Shown: piece by piece, positions 49,615-60,436 of the stretch
How the letters are laid out: each line of letters starts with the position of its first letter
How positions within the stretch are numbered: position 1 is the stretch's first letter
From: Pseudomonadota bacterium
Lineage (GTDB): Bacteria; Pseudomonadota; Alphaproteobacteria; Rhodobacterales; Rhodobacteraceae
Direction of reading: 5' to 3'
DNA length: 64,000 nucleotides
NCBI GenBank assembly: GCA_038746545.1
Contig: JBCDKN010000011.1
Coordinates: 19,295 to 83,294, forward strand
Translations under genes and position numbers: made by a program
Notes under the pieces: generated by a model
Told to the model about the DNA's origin: nothing
The model's input: only the letters and a program-made list of their open reading frames with translations
Databases searched by the model: none

Positions 49615-49844
49615 TCCACAGCTCCTTCTGTCTCTCCGCCCCACCCTAGCCGCAGCGCAGCACCGGGGTCCATCCTGTAACAAAGCCAGTCATCGCACGA
49701 TCCCCTGTTACAGTTTCCCGCGCTTTTGCAATGAAAGCCCCCGCCCCGATCACCCCGGATCAAGCGGGCGTGATCTCCCTAACGGAGCCGCGCATTCGGG
49801 CGCAAATCATGGGACAACAGACCCATAGCCAAAGGAACCCCGGG

Positions 49845-50576
49845 ATGTCGTCCATGGAAGAAAACCGCAAATCCGCTCTGCCCCGCTGGGTCCCCCTGGC
49901 CGGCATTGCAGCCATCGCCGCGATCGGGGCCTTCACTCTCAAGGACACGCTGAGCTTTCAAGCGCTGGCCGACAATCGCGAGGCGCTGATTGCCTTTCGC
50001 GACGCCAATCTGATCCTGACCATCGCAGCCTATATGGCGATCTACATCGCTGTCGTCGCCTTCTCGCTGCCCGGGGCCACCATCGCCACACTGGCGGGCG
50101 GCTTTCTGTTCGGGCTGACCACGGGCACGGTCCTGACCGTGGCCTCCGCTACAATCGGTGCCACGCTGATCTTTCTGGCCGCGCGCTGGGGCCTCGGCGA
50201 GAAGCTGGCCGCCAAGATGGACGGGTCCGAAGGCAAGGTGAAACAGCTCAAGGAAGGTCTCGCCGAGAATGAGATCAGCGTGCTCTTCCTGATGCGCCTT
50301 GTCCCGGCCATCCCGTTCTTTGTCGCGAACCTGCTGCCGGCCCTGGTCGGGGTCAGCCTGCGCAACTTCGTCTTCACCACCTTCTTCGGGATCATCCCCG
50401 GAACCGCCGTCTACACTTGGGTCGGCGCAGGTCTGGGCGAGGTCTTTGCCCGCGGCGAGACCCCGAATCTCGGCATCATCTTCGAGCCCCATATCCTCGG
50501 CCCCATCCTTGGTCTCTCGGCGCTCGCCCTCCTCCCCATCATCCTCAAGCAATTCCGCAAGACCAAAGGCGCCTGA
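49845..50576 (+). CDS. TVP38/TMEM64 (VTT, DedA-superfamily) membrane protein
   Basis: SLPGAT..TLAGGFLFG, LMRLVPAIPFFVAN, GIIPGT; start uncertain. Confidence 0.88.
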   Translation: MSSMEENRKSALPRWVPLAGIAAIAAIGAFTLKDTLSFQALADNREALIAFRDANLILTIAAYMAIYIAVVAFSLPGATIATLAGGFLFGLTTGTVLTVASATIGATLIFLAARWGLGEKLAAKMDGSEGKVKQLKEGLAENEISVLFLMRLVPAIPFFVANLLPALVGVSLRNFVFTTFFGIIPGTAVYTWVGAGLGEVFARGETPNLGIIFEPHILGPILGLSALALLPIILKQFRKTKGA

Positions 50577-50579
50577 TCC

Positions 50580-51992
50580 ATGACCCACCGTATTGAAACC
50601 GATATCTGCGTGATCGGCGCAGGCTCTGGCGGGCTGTCCGTCGCAGCGGGCGCGGTCCAGATGGGCGCAAAGGTCGTCCTGATCGAAGGCCACCTGATGG
50701 GCGGCGACTGCCTCAACTTCGGCTGTGTCCCCTCCAAGGCGCTGATCGCCGCCGGAAAACAGGCCCATATCGTCCGCAAGGGCGGCTTCGGGGTCGCCCC
50801 CGCCGAGCCCGAGATCGACTACGCCGCCGCCAAGGACCATGTGCGCAGCGTGATCGACACCATCGCCCCTGTGGACAGCCAGGAGCGGTTCGAGGGCCTC
50901 GGCTGCACCGTGATCCGCGAATATGCCAAGTTCATCTCGGAAACCGAGGTGCAGGCGGGCGACACGGTCATCAAGGCCCGGCGCTTTGTCATCGCCACGG
51001 GCTCGCGCCCCTTCGTGCCGCCCATCCCTGGTGTCGAGGACGTGCCCTATTTCACCAATGAGACGATCTTCGATCTGCGCGACAAGCCGGACCACCTGAT
51101 CGTCATCGGTGGCGGCCCGATCGGCATGGAGATGGCCCAGGCCCACGTGAGGCTCGGCTGCAAGGTCACCGTGCTCGAAGGGGCCAAGGCCCTTGGCAAG
51201 GACGACCCGGAGCTTGCCGCCATCGCGCTGGAGCGTCTGCGCGGCGAAGGCATCGAGATCCTCGAAGGCGCACAAGCCTCCAAGATCTCGGGCGGCGACG
51301 GAGCTATCACCGTCGAGACCGCCGATGGCAACTCGGTGACCGGCACGCATCTTTTGATGGCTGTCGGCAGGACACCGAACCTCGACAAACTGAACCTCGA
51401 GGCCGCGAAGGTCGAGTACGACCGCCGCGGACTGACGGTCGATGCCTCCCTGCGGACCACGAACAAGCGCGTCTATGGCGCGGGCGACGTGGCCGGGCCG
51501 CTGCAGTTTACCCATGTGGCCGGTTACCATGCAGGCGTGCTCATCCGGCAGATCGTGCTGGGCCTGCCCGCCAAGACCCGCGACGACCACGTGCCTTGGG
51601 CCACCTATACGGATCCGGAGATCGCGCAGGTCGGCCTGACCGAGGCGCAGGCCCGCGAGAAACACGGCGACGCGCTGGAGGTCGCCCGGTTCGAGTATGA
51701 CGAGAATGACCGCGCGATTGCGTCGGGCAAGACCATCGGTCTGATCAAGGTCATGGTCGTCAAGGGCCGCCCCGTGGGGGCCTCAATTGTAGGTGCCGAA
51801 GCGGGCGAGCTGATCGGGCTCTGGGCCTATGCCATCGCCAACAAGCACAAGATGGGGGCCGTGGCGAACATGATCGCGCCTTATCCGACGCTGGGCGAGA
51901 TCAACAAGCGCGCCGCCGGGGCCTATTTCAGCCCGCGCCTGTTCGAAAGTGATCTGATCAAACGCATCGTGCGCATTGTCCAGAAGTTCTGA
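50580..51992 (+). CDS. Pyridine nucleotide-disulfide oxidoreductase (MerA/E3-like, function unassigned)
   Basis: GAGSGG, GGDCLNFGCVPSK redox disulfide, GGGPIG, YPTLGE. Confidence 0.9.
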   Translation: MTHRIETDICVIGAGSGGLSVAAGAVQMGAKVVLIEGHLMGGDCLNFGCVPSKALIAAGKQAHIVRKGGFGVAPAEPEIDYAAAKDHVRSVIDTIAPVDSQERFEGLGCTVIREYAKFISETEVQAGDTVIKARRFVIATGSRPFVPPIPGVEDVPYFTNETIFDLRDKPDHLIVIGGGPIGMEMAQAHVRLGCKVTVLEGAKALGKDDPELAAIALERLRGEGIEILEGAQASKISGGDGAITVETADGNSVTGTHLLMAVGRTPNLDKLNLEAAKVEYDRRGLTVDASLRTTNKRVYGAGDVAGPLQFTHVAGYHAGVLIRQIVLGLPAKTRDDHVPWATYTDPEIAQVGLTEAQAREKHGDALEVARFEYDENDRAIASGKTIGLIKVMVVKGRPVGASIVGAEAGELIGLWAYAIANKHKMGAVANMIAPYPTLGEINKRAAGAYFSPRLFESDLIKRIVRIVQKF

Positions 51993-52028
51993 CAGGCTTA
52001 TGTCGGGATCGAGAGAGGAGCGACTGAC

Positions 52029-53432
52029 TTGAATTCGCTATCTGGACGCTTTCTGATCCTGACCGTCATCTTCGTGATGCTGGCCGAGGTGCTCATCTTT
52101 GTGCCCTCGGTCGCGCGGTTTCGCGAGGACTACCTGCTGGACCGGCTGGAGCGGGCACAGATCGCTTCGCTCGCTCTGCTAGCCACGCCTGATGACATGG
52201 TCGCGCCCGAGCTCGAGGCAGAATTGCTGGAGAATGCCGAGGTTCTGAACGTCGTGTTGCGGCGGGATGAGGTACGACAGCTGATTCTCTCGGTCCCGAT
52301 GCCGGGCGAGATCTACGGCACCTATGATCTGCGGGATCCTTCGGCCTTTGAGCTGATCAAGGACGCCATGTGGAACCTCACCATGACAGAGGAGCAGGTG
52401 ATCCGCGTGATTGGCACCCCGGTACGCGGGGCGGGCGAGGTCATTGAGGTGACCATGCCCACCGGGCCCTTGCGGGCAGCGCTCATTGATTACGGCGTGC
52501 GGATCCTAATCCTCTCGGCTGTGATCTCGATCTTCACGGCTGCACTCCTGTTCCTCGCGGTGCGCCGCTTCCTCGTCAAACCCATGCGCCGGGTGGTCAA
52601 TCACATGACCGCCTATGCGGAGGCGCCCGAGGATGCGCGTCGGATCATCGCGCCCGATGCGGGCGTGACCGAGCTCCGCGACGCCGAGGTTGCCCTGAAC
52701 TCCCTGCAGACCCAGCTGACCACGGCCCTAAAGCAGAAGGATCGCCTGGCGCAGTTGGGTGGCGCGGTGGCCAAGATCAGCCATGATCTGCGAAATATCC
52801 TCACGGTGGCACAGCTGCTGGCGGACCGGATGGAGCGTTCCGAAGATCCCACCGTGCAGCGCGCCGCGCCCAAGCTGGTGAATGCGATCAGCCGGGCGGT
52901 CAATCTTTGCGAGGGAACGCTGGCCTTTGGCAAGGCCGAAGAGCTGCCGCCGACCCTCTCGCGGTTCAATCTGGGCCCGCTCATCGATGATGTGATCGAC
53001 AGTGAGACCTTGGCCTGCACCGGGGACAACGTATCCCTGACCTCAGATGTCCCCCCGGCCCTCGCGATCCGCGCCGATAGCGAGCAGCTCTACCGCGTGA
53101 TCTCGAACCTCGTGCGCAATGCCCGTCAGGCGATCGAGGCCACGGGCGTGCCCGGTCAGATCTGCGTGGCGGCACGCGAGGAGGATGCCGAATGGATCAT
53201 CTGCATCCGGGACACCGGGCCGGGCCTGCCGCCCCGGGCACGGGAGAACCTGTTCACGGCCTTTCAGGGCGGTGTGCGCAAGGGGGGCACTGGTCTCGGT
53301 CTGGTCATCGCGGCTGAACTGGTGCGCGGCCATGGCGGGGCGCTCGAGCTTGTGCAGACCGATGCGGAGGGCACTGAATTTGCCCTGCGTCTGCCGCGAA
53401 ACTCCGCCATTCTCGACGCGGCTGCAGAATAA
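52029..53432 (+). CDS. Membrane sensor histidine kinase
   Basis: Two TM; H-box SHDLRN, N-box NLVRNA, DTGPG, GTGLGL. Confidence 0.93.
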   Translation: MNSLSGRFLILTVIFVMLAEVLIFVPSVARFREDYLLDRLERAQIASLALLATPDDMVAPELEAELLENAEVLNVVLRRDEVRQLILSVPMPGEIYGTYDLRDPSAFELIKDAMWNLTMTEEQVIRVIGTPVRGAGEVIEVTMPTGPLRAALIDYGVRILILSAVISIFTAALLFLAVRRFLVKPMRRVVNHMTAYAEAPEDARRIIAPDAGVTELRDAEVALNSLQTQLTTALKQKDRLAQLGGAVAKISHDLRNILTVAQLLADRMERSEDPTVQRAAPKLVNAISRAVNLCEGTLAFGKAEELPPTLSRFNLGPLIDDVIDSETLACTGDNVSLTSDVPPALAIRADSEQLYRVISNLVRNARQAIEATGVPGQICVAAREEDAEWIICIRDTGPGLPPRARENLFTAFQGGVRKGGTGLGLVIAAELVRGHGGALELVQTDAEGTEFALRLPRNSAILDAAAE

Positions 53433-53483
53433 CGAAAAACCCGCTTGCAATGACCGGGGACGGGCGTTAGTCACCGCCCTCAC

Positions 53484-53560
53484 GGACCGATAGCTCAGCT
53501 GGATAGAGTACCTGACTACGAATCAGGGGGTCGGGGGTTCGAATCCTCCTCGGTCCGCCA
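53484..53560 (+). tRNA. tRNA-Arg (anticodon ACG)
   Basis: Acceptor stem GGACCGA/TCGGTCC, anticodon arm CCTGA-CTACGAA-TCAGG, GTTCGAATC T-loop, encoded CCA. Confidence 0.97.
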
Positions 53561-53715
53561 CTCCCTCTCAAGGCGCTGTGTGACACAGCCTGACGGGGCG
53601 GGGGAAACGCCGCAAACGCGTTGACTCAAACGGCCCGTGCGCCTAAACGACGGGCTCTGTAGATTTTCTGACACGTGCGCCATCCGGGCGGCGGGTCAAC
53701 CGAAGGAGAAAAGCG

Positions 53716-53850
53716 ATGAAGCGCACGTACCAACCGTCGAACCTGGTTCGCAAGCGGCGTCACGGGTTTCGCGCGCGCATGGCCACCAAGGCCGGCCGCA
53801 AGATCCTGAATGCCCGTCGTGCTCGCGGCCGAAAGTCGCTGAGCGCCTGA
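53716..53850 (+). CDS. rpmH: 50S ribosomal protein L34
   Basis: [22 protein letters not shown], 44 aa, AAGGAG RBS; absent from the ORF track (<60 aa). Confidence 0.98.
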
Positions 53851-53873
53851 GCCCTACCGCTGGCCTCCGGGCT

Positions 53874-54335
53874 ATGACGACAGAGCGCTCGCCATCCGAG
53901 CCCGGTGCCGCCAAGGCACCCGCACCGCCGCCCGCGATCTCGCCGGCGGCGCTTGTTGTTATGACCAAGCGCGCGGATTTTCTGGCCGCCGCGCGTGCCC
54001 GGCGGCAAGCAGCCCCCGCCTTTCTGTTGCAGGCGCGGCGGCGCGCCGAGGATATGTCCTCAGCGCAGACGCGTATCGGGTTTACCTGTTCCAAGAAAGT
54101 GGGCAACGCGGTCGCCCGCAACCGCGCCAAGCGCCGCCTGCGCGAGATTGCGCGGCTTGAGCTGCCACACCATGGGAAGCCGGGTTGGGATTATGTCTTG
54201 ATCGGGCGCAAAGACGTCACTGCAACCCGTGACTTCGCGGCCTTGCGCGCCGATCTCATAGCAGCGCTTGCCCGAATCCACGCGCCCGGCAAGCCCAAAG
54301 GGTCCCGCCCGCAATCCAGCGGCGCGCGCAGATGA
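53874..54335 (+). CDS. rnpA: Ribonuclease P protein component
   Basis: [28 protein letters not shown] motif. Confidence 0.95.
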   Translation: MTTERSPSEPGAAKAPAPPPAISPAALVVMTKRADFLAAARARRQAAPAFLLQARRRAEDMSSAQTRIGFTCSKKVGNAVARNRAKRRLREIARLELPHHGKPGWDYVLIGRKDVTATRDFAALRADLIAALARIHAPGKPKGSRPQSSGARR

Positions 54336-54607
54336 GCCCCCTCGCCTTCGTCTTTTCCCTGCCCGTTCGGGCCTATCGCGCGGTGTTTTCGCCTTGGGTC
54401 GGACACAACTGCCGCTATGATCCCACTTGCTCCGCCTACGCAATGGAAGCCTTGCGCAAGCATGGCGGGATCAAGGGCGGCTGGCTCGCCCTGCGTCGGA
54501 TCCTGCGCTGCCACCCCTGGGGCGGCATGGGCGTGGATGATGTTCCAGACAAGACCCCGGACCAGGATCAGCTCCTGCGCCGCAAAACCTCCCGGCCCAA
54601 GCGCTAG
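54332..54607 (+). CDS. yidD: Membrane protein insertion efficiency factor
   Basis: [20 protein letters not shown]. Confidence 0.95.
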   Translation: MSPLAFVFSLPVRAYRAVFSPWVGHNCRYDPTCSAYAMEALRKHGGIKGGWLALRRILRCHPWGGMGVDDVPDKTPDQDQLLRRKTSRPKR

Positions 54608-55128
54608 AGCCTTTCGAAGGTGATGATCACATCCCCCACATAGACCCCGGCCCGGGTCATGTAGGCGCGGTTCAGCAACCGGTCCTCCGAGAGCAGCCAC
54701 ATCCAGTCGTCGAAGGAGAACCGCGTCGTCGTTCCGTCGCCCAGGGGGAGATCGATCGTGTAGACCCAGTTGAACATATCGCCTTGCTCAATGCCGCTGG
54801 CCGTCCCGATCACCCCCGGCGCGGAGCCTTCCCAACTGTCCGGACCGGTTTTGGTCAGGGTCCAGATCCGCTGCTCAGTGCTTGCATCTTCATAGACGAA
54901 ATCTTCGACCAGACGCAGGGTTTCCCCGTCCCAGGTGCCTGTGATCTCCACCTCGAAGCGGCGGCGCACAGTCCCCAGCACGTCCTGAAACTGGCCATAG
55001 GCCACAAGATCACCCGCAAAGAACTCCTCAAGATTGAGCTGCCGATCGCTGAGAACCGGATCTTCGAGCGCCGGTTTTCCCGTGCAGGCGGTCAGGAGCA
55101 GAACCGCCCCGATCAGAAATGCGCGCAT
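54604..55128 (-). CDS. DUF3833 family lipoprotein
   Basis: Lipobox LTAC; LEEFFAG...AYGQFQD, L.EDF.Y.D, FDDWMW. Confidence 0.8.
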   Translation of the reverse strand: MRAFLIGAVLLLTACTGKPALEDPVLSDRQLNLEEFFAGDLVAYGQFQDVLGTVRRRFEVEITGTWDGETLRLVEDFVYEDASTEQRIWTLTKTGPDSWEGSAPGVIGTASGIEQGDMFNWVYTIDLPLGDGTTTRFSFDDWMWLLSEDRLLNRAYMTRAGVYVGDVIITFERL

Positions 55129-55227
55129 GTGATCCCCCTTTCGTCCAGAGCTAACCCGCACCAGAGATCGGGCAAGCGATTGACGCCAAGGGGTGCGCTC
55201 GCCTATGCCCTGCGGGACCCCTGAAGG

Positions 55228-56121
55228 ATGCCAGACATGCTCGACGAAACCGAGATCCATCCGCTGTTTCACGGCGCGCCCAGCACCACCGAGTTCAAGA
55301 AGCTGCGCAAGCGGATCATTCGCAATACGCGCGAAGCGATTGACATGTATGGAATGATTGCGCCGACCGCGCGAGACGGCTCCAAGCCGCGCTGGCTGGT
55401 CTGCCTGTCCGGCGGCAAGGACAGCTACACTCTGCTAGCAGCACTCTATGAGCTGCAATGGCGTGGACTGCTGCCGGTGGAGATCCTTGCCTGCAACCTC
55501 GATCAGGGTCAGCCGGGGTTTCCAGCGACTGTGTTGCCCGCTTTCCTGGAGCGGATGGGCGTGCCCCATCGGATCGAGTATCAGGACACCTATTCCATCG
55601 TGATGGACAAAGTGCCTGAGGGTCGGACCTTTTGCGCGCTGTGTTCCCGGTTGCGACGCGGTAATCTTTATCGCATTGCGCGCGAGGAAGGCTGCTCTGC
55701 CGTGGTACTGGGGCACCACCGAGACGACATTCTTGAGACATTTTTCATGAATCTTTTTCATGGCGGTCGTCTGGCCACCATGCCCCCGAAACTACGCAAC
55801 GAAGAGGGCGATCTTTTCGTCTATCGCCCGCTCGCGCATGTGGCGGAGGCCGATTGCGAGAAATTCGCCCGTGCCATGGCCTATCCCATTATTCCCTGTG
55901 ATCTTTGTGGCAGTCAGGACGGGCTGCAACGGCAGCAGGTCAAAGCCATTTTGGACGGCTGGGAGGCGAACAGTCCCGGGCGTCGGCAGGTCATGTTCAA
56001 GGCCCTGACAAATGTCCGTCCGTCTCACATGCTGGACCCGAAACTATTCGATTTCGCCAATCTGTCCCTCGACCCCGAGGCGTTTTCAGAAAATTCGAAA
56101 CAGATGGAAACCGGGCCTTAA
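55228..56121 (+). CDS. ttcA: tRNA 2-thiocytidine biosynthesis protein
   Basis: SGGKDS PP-loop, CALC, GHHRDD, CDLC. Confidence 0.95.
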   Translation: MPDMLDETEIHPLFHGAPSTTEFKKLRKRIIRNTREAIDMYGMIAPTARDGSKPRWLVCLSGGKDSYTLLAALYELQWRGLLPVEILACNLDQGQPGFPATVLPAFLERMGVPHRIEYQDTYSIVMDKVPEGRTFCALCSRLRRGNLYRIAREEGCSAVVLGHHRDDILETFFMNLFHGGRLATMPPKLRNEEGDLFVYRPLAHVAEADCEKFARAMAYPIIPCDLCGSQDGLQRQQVKAILDGWEANSPGRRQVMFKALTNVRPSHMLDPKLFDFANLSLDPEAFSENSKQMETGP

Positions 56122-56199
56122 CGGCTTGGCCATGGACGGCCCATAGCCTCACTCGCAGCGACCGGCACAAGGCCGTCCGCGCAGAATGAGGCATGTGTT

Positions 56200-57741
56200 T
56201 TGGTTTCGCGTCTATTGGACAGTTTGAAGAACACTGGTCGGCAGCTCCTCCGCGATCCGGCCTTACTTGTTGGGTTTATTCCTCTTTTTGTGGCGATCTC
56301 CTATTCTACGCGGGATATTCGCTGGCTCGTGGGCGCGAGCACGCTCATCCCGTTCATCGTTCTGGCCTTCCGCGCGATGGATGTTGTTAACTCACCCAAA
56401 GGCGGGCATGATGCGCTGACGGGACTTCCCAGTCGGGCAGCGCTGCTGGATGTGGTGGACCGGTATTTCGCAACGCCCGGGGCAAGCACGCGAACGGCGG
56501 CCTGCCTTGTTATCGACATTGATGAGTTCCATTCGTTCAACGAACGGTGGGGACGGGATGCGGGTGACGAAGTCCTGCGCCAAACCGCCCAGCGCTTGCG
56601 CAGCGCAGTGCGCGAGGATGATCTGGTGGTTCGGCTCGATGCAGATGCCTATGCGCTCTACCTCGCGCCCTCTCAGGGCATGACTCTCGATTCGATCCTA
56701 TCCATCGGCGACCGAATTCAGCGCGCGCTGAGCGAGCCCGTGGTGGTTCACGGCACCACGGCCTATGTCAGCGCATCCGTCGGCATAGCCCTTGCCAGCA
56801 AATCGCCGGAGCCGACGGCTGCCAGCCTGCTGGTCGCCGCTGAGCGCGCGATGGTCGAAGCGCGGTCCCACGGTGCGGGGGCCTTGCGGCTCTTCTCCTC
56901 GGAAATGCAGACCGAGATTCGGGCTAGCCATGAACTCGCCGAAGATCTGGCCAAAGCCCTGGAGAATGGCGAGATTGTCGCTTGGTTCCAACCACAGGTT
57001 TCGACCGAGACCGGACAAGTCACCGGATTCGAAGCCCTCGCGCGGTGGGAGCATCCGACGCGCGGAACCGTATCGCCCGCAGAGTTCCTGCCTGCGATCG
57101 AGGCCACCGGGCGGACCGAACGGCTGAGCGAGGTCATGCTCTATCAGGGGCTTAAGGCACTCGTGGCCTGGGAGCGTGGCGGCTTTGCCATTCCGAATAT
57201 CGGCGTAAACTTTGCCGGTATGGAATTGCGCAACCCGCACCTGATCGACAAGGTGAAATGGGAACTGGACCGGTTTGGCCTGACCGCAGACCGGCTGTCA
57301 GTAGAAATCCTCGAATCCGTAATCTCACAGACCGAAGATGACATTATTCTGCGCAATATCAGCGCTCTGGGGGAGCTTGGCTGCGGCATCGACCTGGATG
57401 ATTTTGGAACCGGTCATGCCTCGATCAGCTCGATTAAGCAGTTCCGGATCAACCGGATCAAGATCGACCGTTCCTTTGTGACCCATGTGGACAAGGACGG
57501 CGAGCAGCAGCGCATGGTCGCGGCGATCCTCACCATGGCACAGCAGCTTGGCCTGGATGCGCTCGCGGAAGGTGTGGAAACCATCGGCGAGCATTCCCTG
57601 CTGGGACAGTTGGGGTGTCACCATGTGCAAGGCTACGGCATCGCCCGTCCCATGCCGTTCGAGGACACGTTTGCATGGCTCGAGGCACATAACGCCAAGC
57701 TCGCACCGCCGCCGCGGATCGAACGTCAACAAGGCCACTAG
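56200..57741 (+). CDS. Membrane-anchored GGDEF(degenerate)-EAL protein, probable c-di-GMP phosphodiesterase
   Basis: DALTGL, GGDEF position reads DADAY; FEALARW, DDFGTG, KIDRSF, EGVE, QGY intact. Confidence 0.9.
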   Translation: MVSRLLDSLKNTGRQLLRDPALLVGFIPLFVAISYSTRDIRWLVGASTLIPFIVLAFRAMDVVNSPKGGHDALTGLPSRAALLDVVDRYFATPGASTRTAACLVIDIDEFHSFNERWGRDAGDEVLRQTAQRLRSAVREDDLVVRLDADAYALYLAPSQGMTLDSILSIGDRIQRALSEPVVVHGTTAYVSASVGIALASKSPEPTAASLLVAAERAMVEARSHGAGALRLFSSEMQTEIRASHELAEDLAKALENGEIVAWFQPQVSTETGQVTGFEALARWEHPTRGTVSPAEFLPAIEATGRTERLSEVMLYQGLKALVAWERGGFAIPNIGVNFAGMELRNPHLIDKVKWELDRFGLTADRLSVEILESVISQTEDDIILRNISALGELGCGIDLDDFGTGHASISSIKQFRINRIKIDRSFVTHVDKDGEQQRMVAAILTMAQQLGLDALAEGVETIGEHSLLGQLGCHHVQGYGIARPMPFEDTFAWLEAHNAKLAPPPRIERQQGH

Positions 57742-57872
57742 GCCCCGCACAGCACCGAGACCGCTTGCGTGGCAATGCCACGGCTGCGGTCACATTCGGG
57801 AAAATGACTTGACCTTCTTCTGCCTTCTCGGTTGAACCCACCTATTCCAAAGTCAACAGGTGTGGGTCCCAG

Positions 57873-59690
57873 ATGGACGATCAGAATAAGAACCTCATTC
57901 TTGCCACGGCTCTCAGCTTTCTGGTGATCCTTGTCTGGTTCCTCGTCTTTCCACCGGAAGAACCCGTCTCTGACCCGAACGCGCCTCAGCAGATTTCCGA
58001 GCAGGCGGCTGGTGACGTCGCTCCGACACCGCCAGCCGCCATAACTGAGGCGGCACCCGGAGCCGCCCCGCAGGTCGCCACCCAAGAGGGCAGCGACGCT
58101 CCGCGCCTCCCCATCGAGACCCCGGCGGTCGAGGGCTCTATTTCGCTCCTCGGCGGGCGGATCGATGACCTCAGCCTCAAAGACTACAACGAGACGCTGG
58201 AGCCCAACTCGCCCATCGTGCGCCTTCTGTCGCCAGTCGATCAGCCGGGAGCGTACTATGCCCTTTATGGCTGGGCGCCTGCAGGCGCGCTGTCTTTTGA
58301 TGACGTGCCAGGCGCAAACACCCTTTGGTCTGTTGAGAGTGGGGACACCCTGTCCGTCGACAGCCCGGTGACCCTGCGCTGGGACAGCCCTACAGGTCTC
58401 ATCTTCCGCAGAGCCATATCGATCGATGAGGATTTCATGTTCTCGATCGCCCAAAGCGTCGAGAACCCGACCGAGACGAGCCAACGGATGCAGCCCTACG
58501 GCATCATCGCGCGCCATGGCGAGCCGGAGACCGTCAACTTCTTCGTTCTGCATGAAGGCGTCGTCGCCATGGCCGATGGTGGTCTGATCGAGAGCGATTA
58601 CAGCGACATGCCCGACTATGACTTCGTCGAGCGCGAGGGCGCGCGGGCCGAAGTCACGCAGATTGAAGAAAACGGCTGGATCGGTTTCACCGACAAGAAC
58701 TGGATGACCACGCTCATCCCGACCCCCGGGCAGCCCTTCACATCCGTCGCGAAATACGTCGGCAGCGCGGATATTTATCAGACAGAGACACGGCTCGCGA
58801 CTCAGAGCGTCGCCGCAGGCCAGACTATCAGCGTCGAGTCGCATCTCTTCGCCGGGGCCAAGGAGTGGGAAGCCATTCGCGGCTATGAGAAGGATCTCGG
58901 CATTGTCGGCTTCATCGACAGCATCGACTGGGGCTGGTTCTACTTCCTGACCAAGCCGATCTTCTTCGTGCTGCACGAGCTGAACCTGCTGATTGGCAAC
59001 ATGGGTGTGGCAATTATTGTCCTGACCCTGCTGATCAAGGCGCTTCTCCTGCCGCTGGCCTGGAAATCCTACGTCTCCATGGCGCGGATGAAGGAGCTCC
59101 AGCCGCAGATGGAGAAGCTCAAGGAAAAGGCAGGCGACGACCGTCAGAAGCTCCAGACCGCGATGATGGAGCTCTACAAAAAGGAGAAGGTGAACCCGGC
59201 TGCGGGCTGTCTGCCCATCCTGTTGCAGATCCCCATCTTCTTCTCGCTCTACAAGGTGATCTTCGTCACGATCGAGCTGCGTCATGCGCCTTTCTTTGGC
59301 CCGTTCCGGGATCTCTCGGCGCCCGACCCCACTTCGATCATGAACCTCTTCGGTCTCCTGCCAAACGCGGCACCTGAGCCCGGCTCGATCCTCGCGCTGG
59401 TCTTCATTGGGATCCTGCCCCTGCTGCTCGGCATTTCCATGTGGCTGCAGCAGAAACTTAACCCGGCGCCCACGGACCCGACGCAGGCGATGATCTTTGC
59501 ATGGCTGCCCTGGGTGTTCATGTTCATGCTCGGCACCTTTGCAAGCGGGCTGATCGTCTACTGGATCGCCAACAACGTCATCACCTTCAGCCAGCAATAC
59601 TTCATCATGCGGCGCCACGGGTATAAACCGGACGTCTTCGGCAACATCACGGCGAGCTTCAAGAAAAAGAAGCCGACGGAGGACAAGTGA
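57873..59690 (+). CDS. yidC: Membrane protein insertase YidC
   Basis: IDWGWF, GNMGVAII, NPAAGCLPILLQIPIFF, GLIVYW. Confidence 0.97.
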   Translation: MDDQNKNLILATALSFLVILVWFLVFPPEEPVSDPNAPQQISEQAAGDVAPTPPAAITEAAPGAAPQVATQEGSDAPRLPIETPAVEGSISLLGGRIDDLSLKDYNETLEPNSPIVRLLSPVDQPGAYYALYGWAPAGALSFDDVPGANTLWSVESGDTLSVDSPVTLRWDSPTGLIFRRAISIDEDFMFSIAQSVENPTETSQRMQPYGIIARHGEPETVNFFVLHEGVVAMADGGLIESDYSDMPDYDFVEREGARAEVTQIEENGWIGFTDKNWMTTLIPTPGQPFTSVAKYVGSADIYQTETRLATQSVAAGQTISVESHLFAGAKEWEAIRGYEKDLGIVGFIDSIDWGWFYFLTKPIFFVLHELNLLIGNMGVAIIVLTLLIKALLLPLAWKSYVSMARMKELQPQMEKLKEKAGDDRQKLQTAMMELYKKEKVNPAAGCLPILLQIPIFFSLYKVIFVTIELRHAPFFGPFRDLSAPDPTSIMNLFGLLPNAAPEPGSILALVFIGILPLLLGISMWLQQKLNPAPTDPTQAMIFAWLPWVFMFMLGTFASGLIVYWIANNVITFSQQYFIMRRHGYKPDVFGNITASFKKKKPTEDK

Positions 59691-60436
59691 CCGGCACCAT
59701 CGCCGAAATCTGGCGCCATCCGATCAAGTCCCACGGGGTCGAGGCACTGACACAAGCCGGGCTTGAAGTCGGCAAGACCCTGGCCGGGGACCGGCTCTGG
59801 GCGGTCCATCACGAGGCCGCCAAGCTGAGCGGGCCAGGCTGGGCAGCTTGCGCGAACTTCTCCCGCGTGGCCAAGGCCCCTGCCCTTGCCGCGCTGCGCG
59901 CCACCTTGCATGAGGATCTGGCGACCGTCACCCTGACCCATCCGGACCGTCCGGATTTGACCTTCAAGCCGGATCAAGACGTCGCGCAATTCCTCGACTG
60001 GGTAAGCCCACTCTGCCCCGCGAACCGGGCGCAACCTACGGGCATCCTGCGCAATGATGCGCGGGGGTACACGGATTCGCCTGAACCGACGATCAGCATC
60101 TGCAACCACGCGTCCCACCGCGCCGTCGCCCAGAAGCTCGGGCAGGAGATCTCGCCCCTGCGCTGGCGCGGCAACATCTGGCTCGACGGCCTCGGCCCGT
60201 GGCAGGAGTTCGAGTGGATTGGCCGCACCCTGCGCATCGGCACTGCCGAACTTGAGGTCACCGAACGGATTGAACGTTGCACTGCGACCATGGCCAACCC
60301 GGAGACCGGGCAGCGCGACTCAGACACACTTGGCGCCCTGCGCGAAGGCTGGGGCCATCAGGATTTTGCGATCTACGCCGTGGTCAAGACACCGGGCGAG
60401 ATCAGTGTCGGCGCGACCTGCGAGGTTATCGCGTGA
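59687..60436 (+). CDS. MOSC domain protein
   Basis: RHPIKS, GDRLWAV, RWRGNI, ERCTAT. Confidence 0.88.
   Translation: MTGTIAEIWRHPIKSHGVEALTQAGLEVGKTLAGDRLWAVHHEAAKLSGPGWAACANFSRVAKAPALAALRATLHEDLATVTLTHPDRPDLTFKPDQDVAQFLDWVSPLCPANRAQPTGILRNDARGYTDSPEPTISICNHASHRAVAQKLGQEISPLRWRGNIWLDGLGPWQEFEWIGRTLRIGTAELEVTERIERCTATMANPETGQRDSDTLGALREGWGHQDFAIYAVVKTPGEISVGATCEVIA

Noticed and set aside
50580-51992. Call as merA mercury resistance
   Set aside because: No C-terminal CC, no NmerA domain, no mer genes nearby
53484-53700. tRNA-Arg as an integration site
   Set aside because: Followed directly by rpmH; no integrase or duplicated tRNA 3' end seen
49779-59618. 628-aa and 626-aa minus-strand ORFs opposite TVP38/oxidoreductase and yidC
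   Set aside because: Antisense shadow frames of well-supported genes
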